NCBI RefSeq assembly: GCF_018977255.1
Contig: NW_024704743.1
Location: forward strand, 37,078,001 to 37,142,000
Length of the DNA: 64,000 nt
Direction: 5' to 3'
Source of the DNA: Callorhinchus milii
Taxonomy: Eukaryota
In this document: piece by piece, positions 25,470 through 36,972 of the stretch
How the letters are laid out: each line of letters opens with the position of its first letter
Numbering within the stretch: the first letter of the stretch is position 1
Made by a program: the position numbers and the translations under genes
The notes under the pieces: generated by a model
The model's database searches: none
Seen by the model: only the letters and a program-made list of their open reading frames with translations
Told to the model about the DNA's origin: nothing

Positions 25470-26067
25470 AGAGGACATCTCAAAGCACTTCACAGGATTT
25501 ACTTTTCAAAAAGTGGCCATGGGATCCATAACATCCACTTGAACGGGTAGACAGGACCTTGGTGTTAATACCTTACCCAAAGGACAAGACCTACAACAAT
25601 GCAGTGGACCCCAGCATTGCATTGGAGTTTCAGCATAAATAATGCGAGCTCACAGAGGCGAGAATGCTATCAACTGAGCCAAGCTACCATGTAATAATTT
25701 AGTATTTATAAATCCTCCTTCAAGTAAAATAAAACATCTCAACCCCCTTTACAAAGTAGAATTATTAGAAATGAAAGTGAATACTGTTACATAAGCAAAC
25801 CGGCACACAAGCTACTAAGTATTCTACTAAGTATCCTAGTACTTATTCTACTAAGTATCCTGGCAAACAATCTCCCAAATAAAATTGGTCACTCCATCCA
25901 AGGCTGTTTATGGGACATTGCTGTGCGCAACTGGCTGTCACATTTCACTGACAATTTCCACAGTCAATCAATTTCACAATATATCCTGTGAAGCACTTTG
26001 AGATGTCTCAACGACATGATAAGCCACTACATCAAATGCAAGGATTATTATTATGATGATTATTATT
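25470..26067. mobile_element. Deu-type SINE fragment (-) followed by a SINE 3' half (+) abutting the exon 4 donor
   Basis: Deu core at about 25510-25680; SINE body 25860-26067 ending in a (TAT/GAT)n tail. Confidence 0.7.
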
Positions 26068-26070
26068 CAC

Positions 26071-26403
26071 CTGGGGCGTTGGATAAAAGCTCAGCTTTAA
26101 ATCGCAAAGTTAACACCTCATTCTTTGTTTTGTCCACCTCACAGTTCTGCACAGACACCACAGCATTCTTCCACAATTTCTTCATCTTTCCCATCACCGG
26201 TGGTCCAAAGTACACGTCAACAGTTCTTTTCACGCACTGGGGGTAAGTGTAATTCTCCAGAGTGACGTTTGCTTTGAAGTCATCGGGAAAGGTGAACTTC
26301 CAGGACATCAGCTCATCATCTGGAAAGCCCTGAGGCCAGTTGGGAGTCATGAAGTAGACGGGAGAACCTGGCTTGAGCAACACAGCCTCCACAATACAAA
26401 GCT
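26071..26403 (-). CDS. CDCP1: CDCP1 exon 4 (CUB domain)
   Basis: ccattgcAG / GTgaat; 333 nt; LCIVE..MTPNWPQGFPDDELMSWKF resembles human LCIIE..MSANYPEGFPEDELMTWQF. Confidence 0.95.
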
Positions 26404-26499
26404 CTGCAATGGAAAGAGAACATAGAGACCATTTGTGAGGATTTGTCTGCAGGCATTCCACCATCTTAAACTAATTGAAACACAAGCTCACAAGTCTAC

Positions 26500-26915
26500 A
26501 ATAACAACGACAACAGCTTGCATTTATATTGCACTCTTCACCACACAGGGTAGCATCGCAGAGCCTTTAACCATGGCGTAGATTGACGCTGAGCTGGGGA
26601 GAGAGGGGAGTGGACTCTAGGCATGGTCGAAGAGGAAAGCCGTCAAGTGCAATCTGAACATAGGCAAGAAGGAGGCAAGGTGCAGCGATCGAGGCAGGGA
26701 GTTCCTGAGGTTTGGGGCAGAGTAAGTGAAAGTGGAGGCAATGGTAATGGTGGCAATGGTGCAGTGGAGGGGTCGAGGGATATGCAGAAGGCCTGAGCTG
26801 GCTGAGCAAATGGGGCAGATAGAGGAGTGAAGTGTAAGCATGTTGGAGAGGTAGGAAGATGCTCAGTGATTTGTAGGTGAGTCTTGAAATTGATCCGTTC
26901 AAGTCTATTCCTCTC
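26500..26915 (-). mobile_element. Degenerate L2 3' fragment
   Basis: RINFK..SIFLP..LLHIPRPL..NSLP motifs; tail at 26500-26530. Confidence 0.7.
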
Positions 26916-27509
26916 TCCAACGTGACTGAGGAGAGTGTGCCATACAGCCTGTGTTAACAAATGCACATTTGGACTAGCCTAGAAAAAAACATGGTCTTAT
27001 TTGGAGATTCTTCAATTTCCCCAAAATAAAACATAACATAAACATGTGTGATGTACATAAAGTTGACCTGGCCGTATTGTGATTCCTGCATCAATGAGAT
27101 AGGTTTCCTCACTCTCCCCATTCCCACTTACAAACTGTATACCTACATTTTGCCCACAAAATATAAAGTCAATTCACTTTACAGTATATTCTATGAAGCA
27201 CCTTGAATCTTCTCAACGACGTGATAAGGCACTATATCAAATGCAAGGATTATTATTATTATTATTATTACCACACCCATACACATATGCCCTGTTAACA
27301 GTTACCCTTCCGTGGTCACATTGTAAGTCTTGGTTGTATCTGCTTTGTTATGTTTTAAAGTGTGTTTCACTGAACTCTGAATAGACAAAGCTATTAAACA
27401 GTGAATAGAATGAAGATAAACAGTTGTGCACAAGGAAAGAGGATGAACAGAGAGGACAGAATAGCCAGGCACGACTATGGGACTGAATGGCCTGTTGCAG
27501 TGCCGTAAC

Positions 27510-28148
27510 AGTAATAAAAATAACAATTGTTGCATTTAATATAGTGCCTTATCATGTCATTGAGTTGACTTAAAGTGCTTCACAGAATATACAAAATTGA
27601 CTGTATATTTTGTGGGTGAAATGCAGCAGCCAATTGAGCATAGCAGGGTCTCACAAATAATTGGGAACTGAGTGACCAAATTATTATTATTTATTTATTT
27701 TTAAGGGATTATTATCCACGGAAAGCGATCCGCCAATCAGCTAACGACCGGGTTATATAATATAATAATAATAATAATCCTTGCATTTGATATAGCGCTT
27801 TTCACGTCGGGAGGACGTCCCAAAGCGCTTCACAGAACACACTGTAAAGTGAATTGACTGTATATTTGTGGGCGAACGCGGCAGCCAATTGCGCACAGCA
27901 ATGTCCCACAAACAGTCATATGGATTGAAAATGACCAATTTATTATTGTTTTCGGTTTTGGAGGGATTATTATTAGGCGTGTGGAGTAAGGAAACTTGCC
28001 CAAGGTTTCGCCCTGCTGGAATTGAACTCAGGTCTCTCACTTGCAAAGCGAGTGCGCTAACCACTAAGCTACAGGACTCCACAGAGTTCCTACTTACTGC
28101 TTACTTACTTACTGCTAGGTAAACAGAGGGGTGTGGAGTAAGGAACTT
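27510..28148 (-). mobile_element. Old long SINE with a nested young SINE (27755-28082)
   Basis: Host consensus aaccgggtt/cctacttactgctaggtaaacagagg is split at gtt by a full young copy; gtt appears on both sides. Confidence 0.88.
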
Positions 28149-28689
28149 GAACACTACAGGTATCACTCAATGTAAGAATTGGGCCTGACTGTGATATTTT
28201 TCAAATAGTTTCACTTACTGTCAAGGCTCACACGTGACTAGTGGTTATTTAGAAGAGGTACAAGAGCACAACTGTGGAAACGCACCCCAGTTGCAGAAAA
28301 AAAATCATATTATTACAAAGCCAGGAAAGCATTGTGGTGCCACAACCAGCCATAGTGACCATGCACAAGAAAAATTAATGGGACCTTAATATCCCCGAAA
28401 TAATTCATATTCTTTCTGGAGAGGAATCTAAATTGCTGAGCAGAACAAAAGCAAATCCATAAATTAGTTGGAGGAATTTCCACAATCTGACATTGCGCTG
28501 AACAATAACTAAGCTTTATACTGAGCTTGTCACACCAGTTATACGAGATCTACTTATAATGTTTTAGGTTACATGTGCATCATTCAAAGTGTACTAATAG
28601 CCTTGGTGTCACCCTGCTGGCATGCCACCAAACACTGACTGAAAACCACTTACTGGTTCCTCATCTTCTGGTTTTAGTCAATTCCCACC

Positions 28690-28975
28690 TTTTGGACACT
28701 GACACTTCACTACAATGCTAGATGTGTCTCATCCTTCAGATGAGACATTAAACTGAGGTCCCATCTGCCTGTTCAGATGGACATTAAAGATCCCATGGCA
28801 CTATTCAAAAAAATAGCTATTCGCTTCATAGCTGTTTTTATGGGTTATTGCTGTGCACAAATTGGCTACCACATTCATCTACAAAATATCCACTTTACAG
28901 TATATCTTGTGAAGAGCTTTGAGATATCCCCTTGATGTGAAAGTCTGTGTAGCAAGTGCAAGGATTAAAATAACA
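28690..28975 (+). mobile_element. Deu-domain SINE
   Basis: cagatgagacattaaactgaggtccc..ttaaagatcccatggcactattc (Deu core) plus L2-like tail. Confidence 0.75.
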
Positions 28976-29352
28976 ATAATAATCTGTGCATTTGATATAG
29001 TGCCTTATCATGTCGTTGAGTCGTCTTAAGGTGCTTTACTGAATATACTGTAAGGTGAATTGACAGTGTATTTTGTGAAATGAAACACAGCAGCCAATTG
29101 TGCACAGCAGTGTCCCACAAATAGTCATGGATTGAGTGTCCAAATTATTATTATTATTATTATCTTTTGGAGGGATGATTACCCTCGGAAAGCAATCCAC
29201 CAATCAACTAACAACCAGGTAAACCAGGTACTGCTAGATAAACAAAGGTATGAGGAGTAAGGAAACTTATCTAAGGATTCACCCCGCCCGGGAATCGAAC
29301 CCGGATGCTCTTGCTTGTGAAGCGGGAGCACTAACCACTACGCAACAGGAAT
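28976..29352 (-). mobile_element. tRNA-derived SINE, long subfamily
   Basis: Full head (gggaatcgaacccgg..ctaaccactacg on +), central domain, tail; tail-to-tail with the preceding SINE. Confidence 0.8.
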
Positions 29353-29528
29353 ATTATTATATACTTGGATTACGGCCAATTTCTGAAGATAAGAGAGAGG
29401 GAAAGCAACTCCTGATCTCAGCAGCAGCACACATTCCAGAATCAAAAAACAGACAGCAAATTAAAAACAATCTGAAATTAATTATTTTTAACAAATTAAT
29501 TTTGGTTAAGATTGAAACTTTTACCTAC

Positions 29529-29876
29529 TTTTGATGGGTGGCAAGAAGGACAGGTTGAATCCTGCGTGATCAATCTCCTCAGTCCAGGGCACGTGAAGAA
29601 CCAGCAGTGTTTTTCCCTGGATCTTCACTTTAGAGATGGTCCCATTCCTGCAAAAGTTCCCAATGTGGACATCCCTGAGACGCACGAAGCCTTTAATCGT
29701 GTAAGTGACCGAATCCAGACACACGTCAGAGTTCACCTGTGTCAGCCCGCCTCTGGGAAAGCTCATCTCCACACCAACGTTAATGGGGACATTAATGTCC
29801 CACGTATAGGTCCGGTTGAGCTTTGGCAACTCCGGAGGAAGAAGCTGGTAACCTTCAAGAGAGTCGTTACCTTCAA
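29529..29876 (-). CDS. CDCP1: CDCP1 exon 3
   Basis: cttttacAG / GTaggt; 348 nt; LNRTYTWDI..IGNFCRNGTISKVKIQ..LHVPW resembles human LNRTFIWDV..IGTFCSNGTVSRIKMQ..LHLPW. Confidence 0.95.
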
Positions 29877-30305
29877 CTGTAAAAGAAGCAGAAGACAATC
29901 AGTCTGAAGCTTTTGGGGATTTGTGCACTAACTGAGCAGAGAGATGTTGAGAAAATAAAGCCCTACCATTCTACTACCTTAAGCCAAACTCTTTCAAGCT
30001 GTACTATGTGACAATGTGACGAAGCAGCTCAAGGTTCTTAATGGAGTCGAGAAGCAGAGAAATCCAGGAGTCTGGATATGCAGGGCTTTAAAAGGTGGAA
30101 GTGCCAGCAAACAGGATCATTAAACAAGGAAATGGGATTCCTTGTCATTGAGAGGATATGGTGCAGATTTATTTGGATTATACCAGACTTGAGAGGTTAT
30201 ATTTACTCAGAGAAATGTAAAAAGTTGTGACTGTTATTTGCTGGAGAAGAGAATGGGGATGTTTAATAGGTTTTCAAGTCATGCATATTTTGGCAGTATA
30301 AATAG

Positions 30306-30730
30306 AACAGCAACAACAACTTGCACTTATATAGCACCCTCCACGCAGGGTAGCGCTTCAGCACGCTTAACAGTGGCGGAGCCTGACTCCAAGCCGGGGG
30401 AGTAGGGAGGTAGCTGTAAGCATGGTTGAACAGGAAAGTCTTCAAGGGACTTGAAAGAGGGGAGAAGGGGGCAAGGCAGCGGGATTGAGGGGGAGTATTC
30501 CAGAGTTTTTAGGTGTAGTGACTGAAAGTGTGTCCTCCGATGATTGGGTGCAGGGTGCAAGGGCGAGCAGCAGGCCGGTCCCAGTCGCGGGGGCGCCGGG
30601 TGGTGGTTTGGGGAGTGAGGAGGTCGGAGAGGTCGGGAGGTGCCAGGGATTGAATATGAATACGAGAGTGAGGATCTTGAAGTCGATCCACTGGGTAATG
30701 GGGAGCCAGTGGAGCTTTATAGAGATTATA
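30306..30730 (-). mobile_element. L2 3' fragment
   Basis: KLHWLPITQWIDFKIL..LAPPDLSDLL..LKTFLF motifs; (TTG)n tail. Confidence 0.85.
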
Positions 30731-31019
30731 TCCACAGATTGGTGAGATAGTTACAAGAGGGAATAAACAGGATTATCACCAGAATAAAAATGGGCGGCCT
30801 GAAGATTTGTTTGCACAGGGAAAAAATTTCCGCTACCTCAAATAGCTGTTGAAGCTAAATCTATAATTACATTTAAAAAGCAATTGATTACATATTTGAG
30901 AAAGAAAATATATTAAAGAGAATATAGAACGATCAAGGGAATGGGATTGGAGAGCAACATTAGGGGAGCTTGTATCAACACAGACACAGTGGGCAAAGGC
31001 TTTCTTTCAGTGCTGTGAA

Positions 31020-31310
31020 TAGAATCATAGACTCATAGACACACAGAATCATAGAATTATACAGCACAGAAGGAGGCCATTCGGTCCATCGTGTCTGTGC
31101 AAGCTCTTTGAAAGAGCTATCCAATTAGTCCCATTCTAACGCTCGATCCCCATAGCCTTGCAGCGTTTTTCTTTTCAAGTACCTATCCAATTCCCTTTTG
31201 AAAGTTATTATTGAATTTATTTCCACCACCCTTTCAGGCAGTGCATTCCAGACAGTAGAAACCCGCTGCATAAAAAAATTCTCCTCTCCGCATAGGTTCT
31301 TTTGCCCAGA
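31020..31310 (-). mobile_element. CR1 3' fragment
   Basis: NFFMQRVSTVWNALPERVVE..FKRELDRYL..GYG; ttctatga-type tail. Confidence 0.85.
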
Positions 31311-32125
31311 GGGGAGCAAATCATTTTATAATGACACAAAGTGAAACATAGCACATTGTCATTTTATTCAAAGATGTCAGGATTATTATTATGATAAGAA
31401 CCACAGTTCCACATCCTAAGAATCCTTTGTTTAAACAATTTCTCCTAACCTATCTCAGTGTTTCATAATTACCCTAAATCCAAAAATTCACTAATAAAAT
31501 TTTCCAGCAATATCTTATTACAAAATATAGATCTCAAAATACAAATGCTGAACATTAATGTTACATGCAAAATAACTAGCTTTTTCTTTCCAAACACAAT
31601 TATTGACCTGCCTAATTCTACATTCAAAGTCCAATGTCCAGATTTATATGTGAAGAATCATCAGAGTGAATATTGTGGAAGGATGAGATCATATAGGCCT
31701 TCTTCATCTGAAACTTTTTTGTGATTTGAGTAAGATCCCAGGAGAAAAGAGGTAGACTTTCAGAAGGAGTGGTGAGAACATGTGTTTATGTGTAGGGGAG
31801 ATATGAAATTACAGTACAAATACAATACAAATTAACATTTGTATAAAACCTTTCAGATCGGAAGGATATTCCAAGACGCTTAAGAATAATGGCTTGGCGC
31901 CCAAGCTGAGGGTGGGAGGCAAAGGAGGTGGGGGACGGCAAAGGTGACCGAAAGCCCAACAAAGAGGGTCTTGAAACAGACCGTGAACAAGGGAGGGAGC
32001 GAGCCAGAGGGACTCCAGGTGGAGTTCCAGAGAGCAGGGAGAATTTAAAAATTTCAATCTCTAAGAAAATCCTTCGTTTAGCCAGAACCAATGGCACAAA
32101 ACACAAAGCTAAAATTTGCCCTTAC

Positions 32126-32329
32126 TTATTTTTCTTGAAATTTCCATGATGAACTGCTGTTCAGGATGGGGGCAGGTGAAGTTGAAGGCCAGGCTCTGCC
32201 GAGGATCGAGCTGATATTGCTGGTGACACCCTTTGGAGCTGCACATTGAGCAGCTGGAGCTCCCGCTGAGGACATGGATGAATCTGATAGTCACAGATTT
32301 TTCAGCAGTGACTGTGATCTTCTGTGAAT
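32126..32329 (-). CDS. CDCP1: CDCP1 exon 2
   Basis: ttcttgaacAG / GTaagg; 204 nt; ..FNFTCPHPEQQFIMEISRKI resembles human FTFSCQSPENHFVIEIQKNI. Confidence 0.93.
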
Positions 32330-34668
32330 CTGTTCAAGAAAACACAAAAAATAAGTCAACTAAGATTTTCCACAATACAATGTACACTACAATACAATCG
32401 CGATTTGACTTCTCCCATTCCCTCCCTTGTTTCCTCCCCATTCCTCCGCCCCCAAAGCCACATGTGAACGGCTGGAGTCTGCTGTCATTCAAGCGTAATT
32501 AGACTCCTCCCACCGCCATCCCATCGGTGAAGGCAGAAGGCACGAGTGAGTAAATGCAACAGCCACCAGCACGCCATTTTGTCAGAATTAACCGCCATAT
32601 TTAAAACAGGTAAGAATACGAATGAAACGGGGCCGGGCGTTTTGCCTGATTTACCCAGCATCCGGGGTTAACCAGCGTCCGGCTAGAGCGGCTTCCACGG
32701 TATTTAAGGTAATGAAAGGAACCCACAGGTCCTTCGTCTTCGTAAAATGGTTGCCAAATCTTTGATCTACAAAAGGAACAGTCACTGTATGTGATAGTGA
32801 TTACACAAAGTACTCCAGTGCAAACACTGCTTCACGTCCCACACCTGATCCCGTTCACCATCGTAGGTTAGCTATCAGTCAGAGAGCCCTGCTCCCTGGG
32901 TACTCCATCCTGGATTCCCTCCGCCTTGCTACTCCTTCAGCCACTTTCTCCATCTTCTCCTCAGATCCCTCTCCCCAGTTGTCTAGGTTTAGGCCTGCCC
33001 CGGAATCTCCAGGAATTAAAGGTTAATCTCTTGAATACTGATGCGAGCAACCCGGGAGAAAAATTCTTGGGACTTCAGAACATTACAGGGACTTTACAAA
33101 CGCTTTACGACATTTACGACACTACCATAAAGTCAACGCTATTTCACTTAACGATAGCACCGTTCCTGCTGGAATATGTCCAACCAGAATTCCTCAACCT
33201 GCTCAGGCTCCCAGTTAATAATAATAATAATAATAATCCTTGCATTTGATATAGCGCTTTTCACGTCGGGAGGACGTCCCAAAGCGCTTCACAGACCATG
33301 TGATGAGCATCGAAGCAACCTCCTCAACAACAACAACTTGTATTTATATAGCACCCCTCAGGCAGGGTAGTGTCCCAGAGTGCTTAACAGTGGCGGTAGC
33401 CTGATGCCGAGCCAGCGGGAGCGCGGAGGTGACCATGGTCGGAGAGCAAAGTCTTCAGGCATGACCTGAAGATGGGGAAGGAGGAGGCAAGGCAGTGAGA
33501 CAGAGGGAGAGTGTTCCAGAATTTGAAAGACATTTGATAAATGTAATTTATAAATGTAATTTATCAAATTTGATAAATGTAACATGTTGTTATAAAACTA
33601 CATGCATTCCTTTGTGGCTTGACTGCAATATCTAGAGTCTTTTGAAATCCAAGCTGACATCATCAGATTTGTGTCTTGACCACATGTCCCACCTTCTCTC
33701 TTCCTCTATTCACATGTGGTGCAGCCCTTCACCTAGGTTACTTATTTTTTTTAATCTGGAGGAGGTACAATGCTAATTGGTTTGTTGCTGTGGTTTGTAG
33801 ATTTAAAATATTTATTCTGTGAGCTATGTCAACAGTAACATTTCCAATAACATTTTGAAAGACACATTGGTCTCATGTCAAGATTGGGTTGCTGTCTCCA
33901 CGAAATAGGAAAATATATTTTATGCAAAGAGTGGGAGGAACTTTATTCTATCTTGTACCTTGTCCGGGTTATTTATACCTGACCAAAGAGTTTTCAAGAT
34001 AGAGAATAAACACAGGGAATGGAAGGTGATTCCGTTCGTCAGACTGAGCTACTTCACCAAGGCAACCAACAAAATGAAAATCCTAAATTACAATTTAGCC
34101 TAAAAGGGTCAAATCTTCTTTTCCCTGTCTAATTCCCCACCGGCCATCTCCTGAACTCCATTTATCCTCTAAATAAGAGTACTATTCCATGGATTACAGT
34201 TGCCTTTTGGTACCTCTCCCTATTATTATTATTCATGTTTGCGCCTCAACAGGGAGTGTGACCAGCTTATTACACATCAGCAGGCAATACAGCCAAACAC
34301 AAACCCTCCCCTTGCCCGAAGTCCACAGATACCAATCTTTTTTTCTACTTTTGGGGATTTGGGTTTGAATCCAATAGAGCTGGCAGTGAATAATCCAGAA
34401 GATCTCTTTCATTAATTGTCAATTTTGCACATTTAATAGCACTCTCACCCCCTAGGGAAATGCTGTATTGTCGAAAGTGCAGTCCCTTGAATGAGATGTT
34501 AAAACTACAGTCCCGTCTGACTGTTTCGATGGATGATGAAAAATCACATTACACTATTTGAAAAGAGAAGGGTGTTCTTCCGCTGATTTGATCAACAATC
34601 CTCCGGATTAATTAGTCATTCGTCTCCTCTGTCTGTGGAATTAGCTGGGTGCAAGCTGACCGCGTGTT

Positions 34669-35600
34669 TACAACAACAACAAGATTACATTTCTATAGCG
34701 CTTTTCACATCGGGAGGACGTCCCAAGGCCCTGGACAGTGTACAGCATTTCAGACCTGAGTGAGGTCAGGGTAGGAGAAGGGAAGGGGGGTGACCGATGG
34801 TATGGTTGAAGAAGAGGGGGCGAGACTGAGTGACTGGGGGATGGAATTCCAGAGGTTGGGAGCAGAGTGGCTGAAGGCTCTCCCGCCAATGGTGGAGCGG
34901 GTAGGTCGGGGGATGTGGAGCAGGCCAGAGCCGGCTGAGCGGAGGGAGCGGGTGGGTTGGAGAGGGTTAGGAGGTCGCAGAGGTAGGATGGGGCACGGTC
35001 ATGGAGGGCTTTGTAGGTGAGGACCAGGATCTTGAACTGGATCCTCTGAAGGATAGGGAGCCAATGGAGTTGGGGGACATGGGGTCACGGAGTTTAGTGC
35101 GGGAGAGGACACGGGCTGCAGAATTCTGGATTATCTGCAGCCTGTGAAGGGAGGAGTTGGGAAGGCCGACAAGCAGGTCGTATGCATAGTTGAGGCTGGA
35201 GGTGATGAAGGCATGAACAAGAGTTTCAGTGGCCTGAGGGGTGAGGTAATGGCGGATTCGGGCAATGTTACGGAGGTGTGGGAAGGCAGAACGGGTCATG
35301 GCTTGGATGTTGGGAAGAAAAGACAGTTGAGGGGCGAACAAGACACCGAGGTTCCTGACTGGCTGGTGAGTTGTAGTTTGCAACCATGGAGGTTGTTGCT
35401 GCCAGAGCCTGAGGTGCTGAGGCGCTGGCACGAGCCAACCAGGAGGGCCTCAGTCTTGTCCACATTCAACTGTAGGAAATTTGCCCTCATCCAGGACTTG
35501 ATGTCCGACAGACAGTCTGTCAGGACAGCAGTGGTCCTGGAGTTGAGGGTAGAGGCAGAAAGATAAGAGTTGGGTGTCATCCGCATACATATGGAAGTTT
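34669..35600 (-). mobile_element. L2 fragment from the RT YADD region to the tail
   Basis: HMYADDTQL..CLSDIKSWMRANFLQLNVDKTE..VRNLGVLF..LQIIQNSAAR; (TTG)n tail. Confidence 0.92.
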
Positions 35601-36679
35601 AGCTACAAATACACAGTTACTACACTTGACAGCAAATACCTGTGAAGTAGTTTGAGACATTTAGATATTAAAAGAGGTACTTAAGTGAGAACTTAGACAG
35701 TGATGATTGGCAGTGCTATTGATACAAGTTGGTTTATAGAATTGGCGGGCGCTGTTCCGGCTGCTTCTCTCTTATTTTGATTAGTAAATTGGGTTGGGTG
35801 CAGAGTTTGGATCTGGGCCCAAACTACCTAATCATTCCCGCTTCTCGCTACAAGGAGAACAATGAGTAACATTAATCCAAAACTCCACCTCCTGTATCCT
35901 CACCCCCACCAGGCTCTGCACAGCATCACACCAATCCACACCGGCTCCACTGGCTCTCTGTCTATGAACGGATTGACTTCAAGGCTTCATCGTTATATAT
36001 TGATTAATCGCTTCATGTCCTAGCATCTACTTATCTTACCCAACTCTTCTGCTCGCTTCCTCCACTCAGCTAACACTAGTTTGTTGCACATCCCATGCCC
36101 CCTCCATACTACTGTAACCTCTGAAACTCCATGTCCCTACTCCTCTGTCTCGATCCCTTTCTATTTTTAAATCCCGCTTTAGAATCTATCTGTCTGACAG
36201 CGCCAACGTTCACCACCCCCTTCTTCTTTGCTCGGCGTACAAGCTCGCCAATGTGAAGTACTCCGAGACATTATCCTATGTGACGGGTGCTATAAAACTG
36301 CACAGAGCTCAGTGTTACTGTCAGCAAGGCAGTGGCACTCTTGAGAGCGGCTCTGTCTCTGTACTGATGGGTACTAAAACCCAAAGAAAATCAAAGAATG
36401 TTACAGTACAGAAACAGGCTACCCGGATCATCGAGCACATGCTGGTTGTTTCTCCACACAAACCAATCTGATCCCATTATCCTGCTCAACTCCCTCACCC
36501 CATCCCCAAAACCCTTCTATAGCCTCTTTATCAACCATCTTCAATTATTGATCTCAAATCATCAATCTTAAGACTATCACCTTAAGTCATTAATTCAACG
36601 AATCTTGAATCGTTAATCTATAATCTTCCAGAGATAATAACCTCTATTACAACACATTGGAATGAATAGGATGGGGAAA

Positions 36680-36972
36680 ATCATCCTTGCATGTGGCAGA
36701 GCGTCTTATAAATATTGTCAAAGCGCTTCACAGGATTTACTGTGAAATGAAGTGACTGTAATTATAGGCAAACACAGCAGCAAAGTTATGCACAGCAAAG
36801 CCCCACAAACAACCATGAAACGAATGACCAATTTTATTTGGGAGATTTGGGGCATCGGGACAACTCCCTTCTCTTTTTGAATAGTGCCACGGGATCTTTA
36901 ACGTCCACCTGAACAGGCAGATGCGACCTCGGTTTAATGTCTCATCCAAAAGACGGCACTTCCGACAATGCA
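36680..36972 (-). mobile_element. Deu-domain SINE
   Basis: Reverse strand ggatgagacattaaaccgaggtc..gacgttaaagatcccgtggcactattc. Confidence 0.75.
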
